A stretch of 64,000 nucleotides of DNA, taken from NCBI GenBank assembly GCA_021498125.1, contig JAIZWL010000001.1, positions 197,434-261,433 of the forward strand. Reading direction: 5' to 3'. This DNA comes from Candidatus Thorarchaeota archaeon (GTDB lineage Archaea > Asgardarchaeota > Thorarchaeia > Thorarchaeales > Thorarchaeaceae). The translations under genes and the position numbers were made by a program. Under the pieces are notes generated by a model. The model was not told where the DNA came from. It did not search any database and saw only the letters and a program-made list of their open reading frames with translations. Below, in pieces: positions 45,004 through 54,508 of this stretch; the first letter of the stretch is position 1, and the number at the start of each line of letters is the position of its first letter.

Positions 45004-46860
45004 ATGGTGATAACGGCGTTATCCAAAATGACACGCGACCGAGTTGATTCACTAAGACTCAAAATCAAAAGCATTCGTTCCGAGCAGAATCTTGTACTAA
45101 ATGCGCTAGCAGCTCTTACTGGTGCAGTTTCTGGAGCCGTGGCTGTAGTATTTCGGCTTGCCGTGTACTGGCTCTCTGTTGCCTTTTCCATTATTCCTGA
45201 TTATATCGGCATAATAGGCTGGATTATCGTTCCGGTAATTGGCTCTCTATTTAGTGGATTTCTCACAACTAGGTTCGCCCCCGAGGCCAGTGGCCATGGG
45301 GTTCCTGAAGTAATGGAATCCTATGTTCTAGAAGGCGGCAAAATACGTCCGCGTGTTCCCATCATTAAGACCATTGCCTCTGCTTTTACTATTGGCTCAG
45401 GTGGGTCCTGTGGGCGTGAAGGCCCGATTGCTCAGATAGGTTCAGGTACTGGATCAAGTCTTGCCCAACTGTTCAAACTTGGTCGCCGTGATACTCGAAC
45501 GTTAGTGGTCTGTGGACTCGCATCAGGTATTGCCTCAATCTTCACAGCACCTCTTGGTGGTGCCCTATTTGGTCTCGAAGTCCTCGTTGGTGAGTTGTCA
45601 GGCGTTTCCGTAATTCCTGTCATTCTTGCATCTGTCATTGGTGTTGCCATTGTGAATGGGTTCTTTGGTCCTGACGCCTCTTCGCTCAGTGCTCCCTCTC
45701 TAACACTGACTAGCTACTCAGAATTAATCTTCTATTTCATTATGGGCCTGATGTTCGGGGTGATCAGCAAGGTCTGGGTCAAGATCCTCTATGTCTTTGA
45801 GGAATTCTTTACCCATCTTAGAACATCTGATTATTTCAAGCCCGCCCTTGGTGGTCTGGGGATTGGTCTCTTGGGTGCATGGGTTGTTGTCTTAGAATGG
45901 AATTTCAAGTATTCTGGCATCTTTACCACTAACTCTGCGTATGTTCCAGCAGTGATGGGGAGTGGTTACGCATTCATTAATGCCGCATTAATAGGATCAG
46001 TTCCATTCTTGGCACTAATCACCTTTGGATTTCTCAAGATGTTCGCCACAGCCTTTTCCATTGGTTCAGGTGGTTCAGGCGGTGTCTTCGCACCCACCCT
46101 GTTCATGGGTGCAGGAATCGGCGGTGCTTTTGGTATTATCTTTAATATGATCGCTCCCGATATTGCTCTGCATCCCATGGCTTATGCCTTGGTTGGGATG
46201 GCAGCCATGTTTGCAGGTGCAGCTCATGTTCCAGTTACTTGTATCGTCATGACCATGGAGATGACTGGTGATTATAATCTCATTCTCCCCCTGATGATTG
46301 CAGTCGCTAGCTCCTATATGCTTGCTGTTACAATCATGCCTGAGAGTATCTATACCGAAAAACTCCGGATGCGTGGTATCAACCTCAAACGTGGCCTCTA
46401 TATCGATGCTCTTCGCAGTATTACTGTGAAGCAGATCATGACTCGTGAGCCTGTGGTTCTCTCCCCGGATATGACCGCTGATGATGCTCTTCGCGTATTG
46501 AATAAGACGCATCACACCAAGTTCCCAGTTGTGGATTCAGATGGTAATCTTGTTGGCACCGTTATTGCAGAGGACTTGGAGAAACGATATGATTCGGAAG
46601 GCAATCCTCTCAAAGTACGTAACCTTATGATGCAGAAGTTTCTCACTGTTAATCTTGACACTACTATGGATGAGGTACTTCATGCGATGATGAAACAACT
46701 GGAAGGCCATGCAGTAGTACTCGACCCCAGCAATCCACACAAGATGTTAGGATTCATCACAAAGACTGATGTCTTTAGGGCATACGAGTCTGCTATTGCC
46801 TCACTTCGACTTGAGGGGTCTATTGAGGAGTGTATTCCCGTATTTACTGATAAGGTATAA
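45004..46860 (+). CDS. ClC-family voltage-gated chloride channel / H+-Cl- antiporter with C-terminal tandem CBS domains
   Basis: GSGGSCGREGP and GGVFAP ClC selectivity motifs; C-terminal CBS pair. Confidence 0.85.
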   Translation: MVITALSKMTRDRVDSLRLKIKSIRSEQNLVLNALAALTGAVSGAVAVVFRLAVYWLSVAFSIIPDYIGIIGWIIVPVIGSLFSGFLTTRFAPEASGHGVPEVMESYVLEGGKIRPRVPIIKTIASAFTIGSGGSCGREGPIAQIGSGTGSSLAQLFKLGRRDTRTLVVCGLASGIASIFTAPLGGALFGLEVLVGELSGVSVIPVILASVIGVAIVNGFFGPDASSLSAPSLTLTSYSELIFYFIMGLMFGVISKVWVKILYVFEEFFTHLRTSDYFKPALGGLGIGLLGAWVVVLEWNFKYSGIFTTNSAYVPAVMGSGYAFINAALIGSVPFLALITFGFLKMFATAFSIGSGGSGGVFAPTLFMGAGIGGAFGIIFNMIAPDIALHPMAYALVGMAAMFAGAAHVPVTCIVMTMEMTGDYNLILPLMIAVASSYMLAVTIMPESIYTEKLRMRGINLKRGLYIDALRSITVKQIMTREPVVLSPDMTADDALRVLNKTHHTKFPVVDSDGNLVGTVIAEDLEKRYDSEGNPLKVRNLMMQKFLTVNLDTTMDEVLHAMMKQLEGHAVVLDPSNPHKMLGFITKTDVFRAYESAIASLRLEGSIEECIPVFTDKV

Positions 46861-46870
46861 ACAAGTCCCT

Positions 46871-47605
46871 ATGCTGCGGATGCTTATGGTTAACGACAAC
46901 CCGACATGCGTGATATGTGGGAAGCCATTTACCGACCATGATCCAGGTATTCCTATTCTTGGTTGGGCCCTTGATATAATTGGGACCAAAGGATTCGCAC
47001 ATTATCTGTGTGTCAGTCAATTAGCAAACGAAACCAGCTATCTCCGTGGGATCGCTCCTTGGGATATTGGCCAGCCACATCCAGCGCTTGTAGATCTTGT
47101 CGAACAAAAGAAATTACCTCTTGGATCCGTGTTCGAGCCGGGCCCGGGTCGTGGTGATAATGCGCTCTATCTCGCCTCGAAAGGATATGATGTCACAACC
47201 TCTGACATCTCCCCTTCAGCTGTAGAAGCACTACGAAGACGGGCTCGGGATCTGGGCCTCTCGCTAAATGTCATTCAGGCTGAGGTCATATACGGTCTCA
47301 ATTCTCTCACCGGCAAATTCGATATTGTCTTTGAGCGCTCATTTCTGCAGACACTTCCCCCTCTGATGCGCTCCCGCTACATAGATCGGGTTGCCTTACT
47401 TCTTCACGAAGGCGGAATATATGTTGGGATCATCCGTGGCCCGCGTGACCCCCCTCCTGTCACTCAACCTTATGCGTTCACAAAACAGGAGATACTCGAA
47501 CTATTTGCTCCACGGTTTGATATAATCGAGGTCGCTCCTACTGTTTCAGGGCACGATGATAATGAACTGACCTTCTGGCTTGTCCAAGCCCGGCTTAAGA
47601 CATAG
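46871..47605 (+). CDS. Class I SAM-dependent methyltransferase (TPMT-like) with an N-terminal Cys4 zinc-ribbon
   Basis: VFEPGPGRGDNALYLASKGYDVTTSDIS SAM motif I region; N-terminal CVICGK...; start set at 46871 to avoid overlap with the ClC gene. Confidence 0.55.
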   Translation: MLRMLMVNDNPTCVICGKPFTDHDPGIPILGWALDIIGTKGFAHYLCVSQLANETSYLRGIAPWDIGQPHPALVDLVEQKKLPLGSVFEPGPGRGDNALYLASKGYDVTTSDISPSAVEALRRRARDLGLSLNVIQAEVIYGLNSLTGKFDIVFERSFLQTLPPLMRSRYIDRVALLLHEGGIYVGIIRGPRDPPPVTQPYAFTKQEILELFAPRFDIIEVAPTVSGHDDNELTFWLVQARLKT

Positions 47606-48809
47606 TAGGGGTCTCATCTATATTATTGGGGACCGATACTGTTTCTTTGCCACGACTTGCCACACGAAATAGCACAAGTGCAAGGAATGACATTATGACT
47701 GCAAAATACATGATCGGATGGTAATCCGGCCAGAGCGCATACAACACTGTTGCATAGATGGGGCCAAAGACACCTGCTATTGATAGAACTGATGAGAGCA
47801 GACCGGAGGCGGTTGACTTCTCAATATTTCGCTCGGTCACGTATTTGAGAGCACCAACATAGAGGAATGCCCATGATGCTCCAAGCAGGATTTGTGAGGG
47901 AATTATTTCGAATATATTTCTGGCCAATGTGAACCAGAAGAATGTGACTGCGCTCCCAATGAGACCAAGAGTGACCAGCTTCTTGCAGGCCATACGATCT
48001 GTGACTGTTGCCATGAATACTACTTGGGACACAGAGTTCGCCGCTTGTACAATGCCGATCATTATAAGATCCCCTCCCAAGTCTGCAAGAAAGAGCGGCC
48101 ACAGTGTCCATATTGCAAAAGCGCTGCTGTGTCTTATGAAGACCGCAGCATAGATTGCCGCATTTCGTTTGAATGTTTCGACCGGAAATAATGGCACGGG
48201 AACTTTGACTCGGTGAACTTTAGGTAGCGTCAACGCACTGCCAAACGCCAGCATGAAAAAGAGACTCGAGATCGCAAAGGCATAGTGAATATTGAAACCT
48301 GCTGCAACACCTGCGATTATGGTTCCAATTCCCCAGCCCATGCTTCCAAACGTGGCAAAGTGCCCCATCTTCATCTTAGAGTCGTGAGCATATGCAGCCA
48401 GTGCTCCGGGATATATGCCGACCGAGAAGCCATTTGATATTCTGATGATAAAGAGCAAGACCGGGTTTGTTGCAAACCATAACAGCCCGAATGTGGCTCC
48501 AGAGAGAAGGAGACCTAATCTGAGAACTATCCGTCTACCATAGATATCCCCCGCACGGCCAAAGATGTAACTTGAGATGAACGACGCTGCTGCATACGTG
48601 CCGACAAGAAGTGTGACATAGAATTCATCCACACCAAGATGATCCCGCGCAAGGATGGGAATGTATGTGAACGCCGATAGAACCGCTGCACCCGCCATGA
48701 ATTGGATAGTCTCTGTCTTCACAGTTTGGCCCCAGATTTCGACTTTGACCAACGATATTAACTGCGCGACTGGTGCAACTGGTCGTTCTCGTTTACAAAA
48801 GCTTTTCAC
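47595..48809 (-). CDS. Major facilitator superfamily transporter
   Basis: 12-TM hydrophobic pattern, MFS GR(R/A)-type loop motifs. Confidence 0.7.
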   Translation of the reverse strand: MKSFCKRERPVAPVAQLISLVKVEIWGQTVKTETIQFMAGAAVLSAFTYIPILARDHLGVDEFYVTLLVGTYAAASFISSYIFGRAGDIYGRRIVLRLGLLLSGATFGLLWFATNPVLLFIIRISNGFSVGIYPGALAAYAHDSKMKMGHFATFGSMGWGIGTIIAGVAAGFNIHYAFAISSLFFMLAFGSALTLPKVHRVKVPVPLFPVETFKRNAAIYAAVFIRHSSAFAIWTLWPLFLADLGGDLIMIGIVQAANSVSQVVFMATVTDRMACKKLVTLGLIGSAVTFFWFTLARNIFEIIPSQILLGASWAFLYVGALKYVTERNIEKSTASGLLSSVLSIAGVFGPIYATVLYALWPDYHPIMYFAVIMSFLALVLFRVASRGKETVSVPNNIDETPTMS

Positions 48810-48839
48810 TGTTCACGTTATTCTTTTATCATCTACTAG

Positions 48840-49241
48840 GTGAATTTCGAAATGGCCAAACTATCACCAGGACTAAAGTTCGTTGTAATCAATTTGGACG
48901 ATTTCGTAATCTTAGTTATTGCTCTAGCTATTATCTATTGGCTTCTTCCAATCTACTTTGTTCCACTTGCTCTAATTCTGGTAGTGGGTTTCATCATCCT
49001 AATTGCAGTCAAGTATCGCCTTCTCTATACAGCCCTTAATGACGAGCCACGAAACTATGATGTCACTGAAATGATTGGTGAGGCGATCTCTACGATCACT
49101 CCTTCTGAGGGGCATATCCGTCTCGGTGCTGAGATCTGGCACGCACGTTCTAAGGATATTGAGATACCTGCTGGTTCACGAGTGCGTGTGGTCAGTCGAG
49201 ACGGAATGGTGTTGCAGGTCACTCCTATAGATCCCCATTGA
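48840..49241 (+). CDS. NfeD-like membrane protein (short form: TM segments plus a C-terminal OB-fold domain)
   Basis: Two N-terminal TM helices then a beta-rich C-terminus RLGAEIWHARSKDIEIPAGSRVRVVSRDGMVLQVTPI typical of the NfeD OB domain. Confidence 0.5.
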   Translation: MNFEMAKLSPGLKFVVINLDDFVILVIALAIIYWLLPIYFVPLALILVVGFIILIAVKYRLLYTALNDEPRNYDVTEMIGEAISTITPSEGHIRLGAEIWHARSKDIEIPAGSRVRVVSRDGMVLQVTPIDPH

Positions 49242-49263
49242 TCACAAGAGATTCAGTATCCAA

Positions 49264-50760
49264 CTATCTCCTATGTCTGAGATAGATGACTATGGCAATG
49301 ACAATGACAATGGAGGTTGTGATTACAAGTACCGCCAACCATGTGGAGTCTGGATTCTCTGTGGGAACTGTTGTAGTGTTTGTGGTAGTAGTTGTAGTTG
49401 TCACTGATGTGGTGTTTGATACGGTGGTCATGCCATACGCATAGAACACGTCCATCTCGTTATTTCGCCCATCTGCCCAGGCGACATGTACACGATTACT
49501 ATCGTCGACTTGGATGCCCAAATATTCTCCCGGCCTTGAAAATACATTTGAAGTGTGTTCGCTGGCTATCGGAATCTCCGCTCCGAATTGAGGCGTAGTT
49601 CTATTGGTTCCTGTAAATGATACTCTTCTATAGACTGGGCGATAGTATGCCCCCTCTTGACTATAGTATGCAATATGCAAGTTTCCGGTCTTGTCAATTG
49701 CTAACTCGGGGTTCCATTGATCTCCACTGGTCCTATCGTTGACTCTGATTCTATCGCTCCACGTCATGCCCTTATCGTCAGAATATCGAAGATATACGTC
49801 AAATGTTTCTGTGTCGGGATACGTGTCGGCCCAGAGTAGATAGAGTCTGCCATGCTCGTCAAACCGTAGTACTGGCAAGGTCACTCTACTGGGATGGTTA
49901 TCGACGTTTCTAAACCGTGCGTATTTACCATCAGTATTTACAATAGTATCATTCCCAAAGCTGGCTCCGCCATCCTGACTGCGATCGAACAGAATGTTTC
50001 CATACTCACTGTCCGCAACCCACGAAATATGTCCATGCCACATACACAACTCCATCGTTGTCGATTGCCAAGTACGGCCCGACGTGGCCAGCCTCTGCAG
50101 AGTCGGAGATATTTGCAACATCAAAGAACATCCCCCGTCATTTGTTGATTTGGAGAGCTTGACTGTGACATTTCCGTTGTTGGACATATCAACGTCATCA
50201 TATGCAATATAGATTGTTCCATTCTTTGAGATTGCCATAGTTTCCTTATCCGCAAAATATGCTCCATATGATGCGCAGGCAAGATCCCATGTTGTACCAT
50301 TATCTTCGCTCTTTGCCAACGTTATCTGTGAAAAACTCGAGTAGGTCCCATATTCCAAGTATGCATAATATATGACTCCATCACGCCATACCATCCATGG
50401 GTCTGATTGTCGTGTGTTCTCGCTTCCAAAATCCCTCATATCCACAGGTTTGCTCCATGTTCTACCACTATCCGCGCTTCTGACCCAGCTTACTGAGGCG
50501 CCTCCTCCATTATGTGTTTCTGAATTTTTCCAACCTATGTATATCTCATCGGGGTTTCCGAGTGCCATTGTCACCTCGACATGGTGTGCATATCGTGTAT
50601 CGTCTGTTGAGAGCAAGACGTTGTGTGAGAATGCAACGATCTCCTCTCCTGTCTGTGCGAGCTGGTATGACCTGTTGCCTCTGTCTGGTACAGACTGCAA
50701 TGGACTTACTGTGGATATTACGAGAAAGATTGCAACACAAAGCAGGACCTTATTATTCAT
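49264..50760 (-). CDS. BNR/Asp-box repeat (sialidase/sortilin-like beta-propeller) surface protein with a poly-Thr stalk and C-terminal TM anchor
   Basis: Four SxDxGxTW Asp-boxes (SADSGRTWS, SEDNGTTWD, SQDGGASFG, SDDKGMTWS), signal peptide, TTSVTTTTTTTNTTTV linker, terminal TM helix and RHRR. Confidence 0.7.
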   Translation of the reverse strand: MNNKVLLCVAIFLVISTVSPLQSVPDRGNRSYQLAQTGEEIVAFSHNVLLSTDDTRYAHHVEVTMALGNPDEIYIGWKNSETHNGGGASVSWVRSADSGRTWSKPVDMRDFGSENTRQSDPWMVWRDGVIYYAYLEYGTYSSFSQITLAKSEDNGTTWDLACASYGAYFADKETMAISKNGTIYIAYDDVDMSNNGNVTVKLSKSTNDGGCSLMLQISPTLQRLATSGRTWQSTTMELCMWHGHISWVADSEYGNILFDRSQDGGASFGNDTIVNTDGKYARFRNVDNHPSRVTLPVLRFDEHGRLYLLWADTYPDTETFDVYLRYSDDKGMTWSDRIRVNDRTSGDQWNPELAIDKTGNLHIAYYSQEGAYYRPVYRRVSFTGTNRTTPQFGAEIPIASEHTSNVFSRPGEYLGIQVDDSNRVHVAWADGRNNEMDVFYAYGMTTVSNTTSVTTTTTTTNTTTVPTENPDSTWLAVLVITTSIVIVIAIVIYLRHRR

Positions 50761-50839
50761 TTAAATTACCCGGACTATCAGTGCCAAAGGTTGCAATCCT
50801 GTAGAGATTAATCTTGATATGAACGCATCAGATGTGTGA

Positions 50840-51952
50840 TCAGAGCCCAATACTCTTCAGCGGTTGTTCAAGGCAGAATTTCTCGTCAGTCTTCCAATCG
50901 CCAGTTTGTGCATCAAATGTCTCAGCCCATAGACCGTACGTCTGAGAGTGCTTGTAGTCTATGATCAACAGCTCATAGTCCTTTGCGAGTTGCCAGATGA
51001 ATGACAGCAATTCAGAAAAGTGCGCAGAGGGGAGACGCGCATACCACACAAAACCATCCGGGATTTGTCGGATGCTTGATGAGAATGGGAATGTTCCCTC
51101 CTGTAGTTTGGCTATCAGCCGCTCGGTCTTTGTGCGTTCGGCCTTCACGATGAGCATTGGTGTATTATAGACATCAAAATGTGTCCAGTTGATGAATACC
51201 CGGAATGAGTCAATGACCTCCTGTAACCGAAGAATCCGTTTCGATATCTTCTGTTGGATACTGCCCTCTCTCGGGTTGAGTCCGATCTTCTTGATGATGT
51301 CGATATTTTTTTGGCGAGCATTATCAGTCAGTTCTTGAAGGATCTTTGCATCGAGATGATCGATCTCAAAATGCTCTGTGGCCACCTCATTCTTCTTAGG
51401 CCGAGTAGCAGATCGATCTTGCTCTCTCTGAGGTTCTTGAGACCACCAGCGTTCCCAGTCAAAGTTCCAAGTCATCCGTTCAGGATCCCATGCTCCAAGT
51501 TGAGGTCGTGTGTGTATTGAGCCATAAATCTCCTGTAGAGTTGGGAGTTCCCTTACGGATTGCACAATGCCTTTCTCTCTCATTCTCTCAAAGGCACTCT
51601 CAAGATGAATGAGCGTTTCAGGAGGTTGTCTAAACTGTACAAGCATCCCTCTATGTTCTCCACCGAATACCCGTGATCGATATGCGGTGTATGGGTGTTC
51701 CTCACAGAACTTCTCGATCTTGATGAGATCCTTGTAGGACTTGATCTCGAGAAGATAATCATATAGTTCCAGCCCCAATCTATGTGCTCTAAGATATGGC
51801 TTGACTCCTAAATAGACGCGATCCTCAGCAAGCTTGGCAAGCCATGTTATCACTGTGGGTGTTGACTTTCCTATCTCCTCGGCTATCTTCTTGGCGGGGG
51901 CCATCGGCATCTCTTGAAGTTTGAATAGAAGCTCAAGCATCTCTTGATTCAC
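50840..51952 (-). CDS. Transcriptional regulator with two Lrp/AsnC-like HTH-plus-effector modules fused in tandem
   Basis: HTH-like blocks at the N-terminus (LELLFKLQEMPMAPAKKIAEEIGKSTPTVITWLAKL) and mid-protein (LDAKILQELTDNARQKNIDIIKKIGLNPREGSIQQKISKRILRL). Confidence 0.45.
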   Translation of the reverse strand: MNQEMLELLFKLQEMPMAPAKKIAEEIGKSTPTVITWLAKLAEDRVYLGVKPYLRAHRLGLELYDYLLEIKSYKDLIKIEKFCEEHPYTAYRSRVFGGEHRGMLVQFRQPPETLIHLESAFERMREKGIVQSVRELPTLQEIYGSIHTRPQLGAWDPERMTWNFDWERWWSQEPQREQDRSATRPKKNEVATEHFEIDHLDAKILQELTDNARQKNIDIIKKIGLNPREGSIQQKISKRILRLQEVIDSFRVFINWTHFDVYNTPMLIVKAERTKTERLIAKLQEGTFPFSSSIRQIPDGFVWYARLPSAHFSELLSFIWQLAKDYELLIIDYKHSQTYGLWAETFDAQTGDWKTDEKFCLEQPLKSIGL

Positions 51953-51971
51953 TTGTGCACAGCCCTCTTAT

Positions 51972-52454
51972 TCAAAAGTATGCACTTATAGTTGGCAGGC
52001 CCGGACCTCCACCTGTTGGTGGATCGAACGAGAATATGTCCGAAATGAGGACTTTCCCACCGCTTCTGTTCACTATTGATGCAAGCATCTGAATCTGATA
52101 CCAGCCGCACTCGTATGCCATATCAATACAATCAATTTGAAGTGTTGAGGATGAAGGCGGTTTATGCACGCTCACTCTGAATGAGTATGTTGTACCAGAT
52201 GGTAATGTCACCCAGAGACTAATGTCGATTCTTGTGGGCTCACTATCGGTAAATGCAAATTCAACAAGGATCTTAATGTCGTCAAAATACGTGTCCCCAT
52301 CAAGATCGTCATAGTATGCATTAGAGATATACACGGATTGCGATTCACTGGTCAAAACTCGTGTTGGTGCTGCATTTACGAGAGGGAGGAGTGTGATGAC
52401 CATCAGGACCCCCAGTATGACCATACTCTTGGCTCTATTCAGCGGTCTCACCAT
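51972..52454 (-). CDS. Small secreted beta-rich protein, unknown function
   Basis: Signal peptide (MVILGVLMVITLLPLVNAAP), then 130 aa with no recognised motif. Confidence 0.4.
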   Translation of the reverse strand: MVRPLNRAKSMVILGVLMVITLLPLVNAAPTRVLTSESQSVYISNAYYDDLDGDTYFDDIKILVEFAFTDSEPTRIDISLWVTLPSGTTYSFRVSVHKPPSSSTLQIDCIDMAYECGWYQIQMLASIVNRSGGKVLISDIFSFDPPTGGGPGLPTISAYF

Positions 52455-52573
52455 ATGCTACTTTTTTCACGCGCTATATAAGTGTACTTGATTCTAACTT
52501 TTCATATACATTTTTAAGTCAGTTTAAAATTCTCGTATATATCGGAAATCGTTTCCGACTGGAGTGAGAGAAT

Positions 52574-53410
52574 ATGAAACGGACAATATCGGCCGTAATC
52601 TTGTTGGGCATCACCTTTGCTCTCCTAATGCCATCGCTTGCAACAGCAGTTGACAATCGGATAATCATGAGGGGAGGTTATGGTGGTGGCGGTGGTGGTC
52701 CTCCGACAACCACCCCCACCGAGATTGTATATCACACAGGCACTGCCAACAGATGGGCGGTTATCATTGGAATCTCTGATTATGAAGGATCAACGAACGA
52801 CCTTTGGGATCCTGATAAAGATGCATTAGAGATGGCCCAGATTCTTGAAGGCTACGGTTACAATTATGCCATTGCTCTCAATGATGCTGGAACCGCAGAT
52901 AATATTGTATTATTGCTCGATTGGCTCATCACCAATGAGGATGCGAACTCTGATGTGGTATTCTTCTTCTCAGGACATGGCTCCCGTGTTGAAGATGGGA
53001 CTTGGGACACTGACATCGAATCGGATGGTTATGATGAATGTATAGTGTCCTATGATCTCGTTGCAGTGACAGACTCGTACATGGCCAGTAGGTTTTCAGA
53101 GCTTGAGTCCACACACTTTGCAGCTGTCTATTGTAGTTGTCACAGTGGAGGTATGTTTGATCAGTCATATGAGACCCAGAGTGGATCTCTCTATATCGCA
53201 GCTGCAGAAGCCGATCAGTATGGTTGGGACTACAGCACTCTAGAGAATACACTGTTCTTCTACTACTTTGGTGATCAAGGACTTTTGAATGGCCCATACG
53301 ACAATCTGCAAGATGCCTTCTGGTATGCAAGACCATTTGTCATAGCTGAACAGCCGGACAGCTGTCCAATAATGCTGGACAATCTGGGTACACCATTTTA
53401 TGTCAAATGA
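52574..53410 (+). CDS. Secreted caspase-family (C14, metacaspase/orthocaspase-like) cysteine peptidase
   Basis: Signal peptide, Gly-rich linker, RWAVIIGISDY block, catalytic His in FFFSGHG and Cys in the AVYCSCHSGG (DxCHSG-like) motif. Confidence 0.65.
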   Translation: MKRTISAVILLGITFALLMPSLATAVDNRIIMRGGYGGGGGGPPTTTPTEIVYHTGTANRWAVIIGISDYEGSTNDLWDPDKDALEMAQILEGYGYNYAIALNDAGTADNIVLLLDWLITNEDANSDVVFFFSGHGSRVEDGTWDTDIESDGYDECIVSYDLVAVTDSYMASRFSELESTHFAAVYCSCHSGGMFDQSYETQSGSLYIAAAEADQYGWDYSTLENTLFFYYFGDQGLLNGPYDNLQDAFWYARPFVIAEQPDSCPIMLDNLGTPFYVK

Positions 53411-53479
53411 GGGGATTCTCTCCCCTCTTCTTTTTTGTGTGATACCCGTGCTTAAATCCCTTAATACCAATAGATTGGT

Positions 53480-53935
53480 ATGGCATTCGAAGATCTTCTA
53501 ATTGGTCTCGGAATTGGTCTTCTTGTTGCATTCATTGTCTACTTTGCAATGAACGCGCATCTCAGGCATAGAATCTCTGTTGTTGAGGCCGAGTTCAGGC
53601 AGCTCTGGGCTGAACAAGAAGGCAAGCTCCGGCGTGATGTTGCTGACCGTAGTAGGAGAGTTATCAAGGGAAAGATTGCAGAACAGATTGTACCATTGCT
53701 CCATGACATTTTCAAGTATGATCCTGCTGATGCCCGTTTTCTAGGGGCTCCAATTGACTACGTGATTTTTGATGGTTATACCCGCGTCAAAGAAGGCCAT
53801 ACTGATGAACCGATTACAGTAGTCCTTGCGGATGTGAAGACTGGCGCAGCGCGACTAAGCCGAACTGAGAAGAAAATTAAAGATGCTGTTGAAGCAGGGC
53901 GTGTTCGCTGGGAAACCATTCATCTTGATGTATAG
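53480..53935 (+). CDS. Membrane-anchored restriction-endonuclease-fold protein (COG4741-like, Holliday-junction-resolvase-related)
   Basis: N-terminal TM helix, coiled region, then PIDYVIFDG...VVLADVKTG...EKKIKDAVEAGRV resembling the PD-(D/E)xK core of Hjc-like nucleases. Confidence 0.5.
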   Translation: MAFEDLLIGLGIGLLVAFIVYFAMNAHLRHRISVVEAEFRQLWAEQEGKLRRDVADRSRRVIKGKIAEQIVPLLHDIFKYDPADARFLGAPIDYVIFDGYTRVKEGHTDEPITVVLADVKTGAARLSRTEKKIKDAVEAGRVRWETIHLDV

Positions 53936-53943
53936 ACTACTCG

Positions 53944-54282
53944 TTAGCCTCGAAAACACTCTTTCATCAAAATTCGGAGTACTGCATCATGTAGCAGATC
54001 CTCGTCGGGAATTCCAACAAGAGTCTCGTTGCAGATTCGAATAGTAGGTGCACCTTGTACATGGTTCGCACAGCCACATGAGCAACCTTGTTCTACATCG
54101 ATTTTAGAAATTACTGCTTCGGGAACTCCATATTTCCGGAACATCTCTGCAACCATGTCATATGCCAGATCGCAAAACGCACATGTCTTGGTAAAGTAGA
54201 CCGCAACACAGCTGCATAACGCGCATTTCTGTTCGAATGTATCACTGTCTTGTATTTTTAATGTCACGTCCAAAAAAGGCAC
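53944..54282 (-). CDS. Thioredoxin-fold glutaredoxin-like small protein with an extra N-terminal Cys cluster
   Basis: CAFC redox motif in an AVYFTKTCAFCDLAYDMV context and a C-terminal GAPTIRI...GIP glutaredoxin-like block. Confidence 0.5.
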   Translation of the reverse strand: MPFLDVTLKIQDSDTFEQKCALCSCVAVYFTKTCAFCDLAYDMVAEMFRKYGVPEAVISKIDVEQGCSCGCANHVQGAPTIRICNETLVGIPDEDLLHDAVLRILMKECFRG

Positions 54283-54508
54283 GGTCCCTTTTCATCAAGT
54301 TTTACAACCATATGTTCAATAGGTTATATTACGACCTGTTAATAAGACATGTTCGGATGGATGGGCAATCTCGTATTACGACATGCCTCCTCCTATAACT
54401 CTGACAGTTTATCTGTTCACACAAGTAGGATTCAAAAGCGGAAACCTTCCACATCTTCTTTAAAGAGAACTTCGCTTTCATATATCTCCCGCTTCTGAGG
54501 TCACCGCA

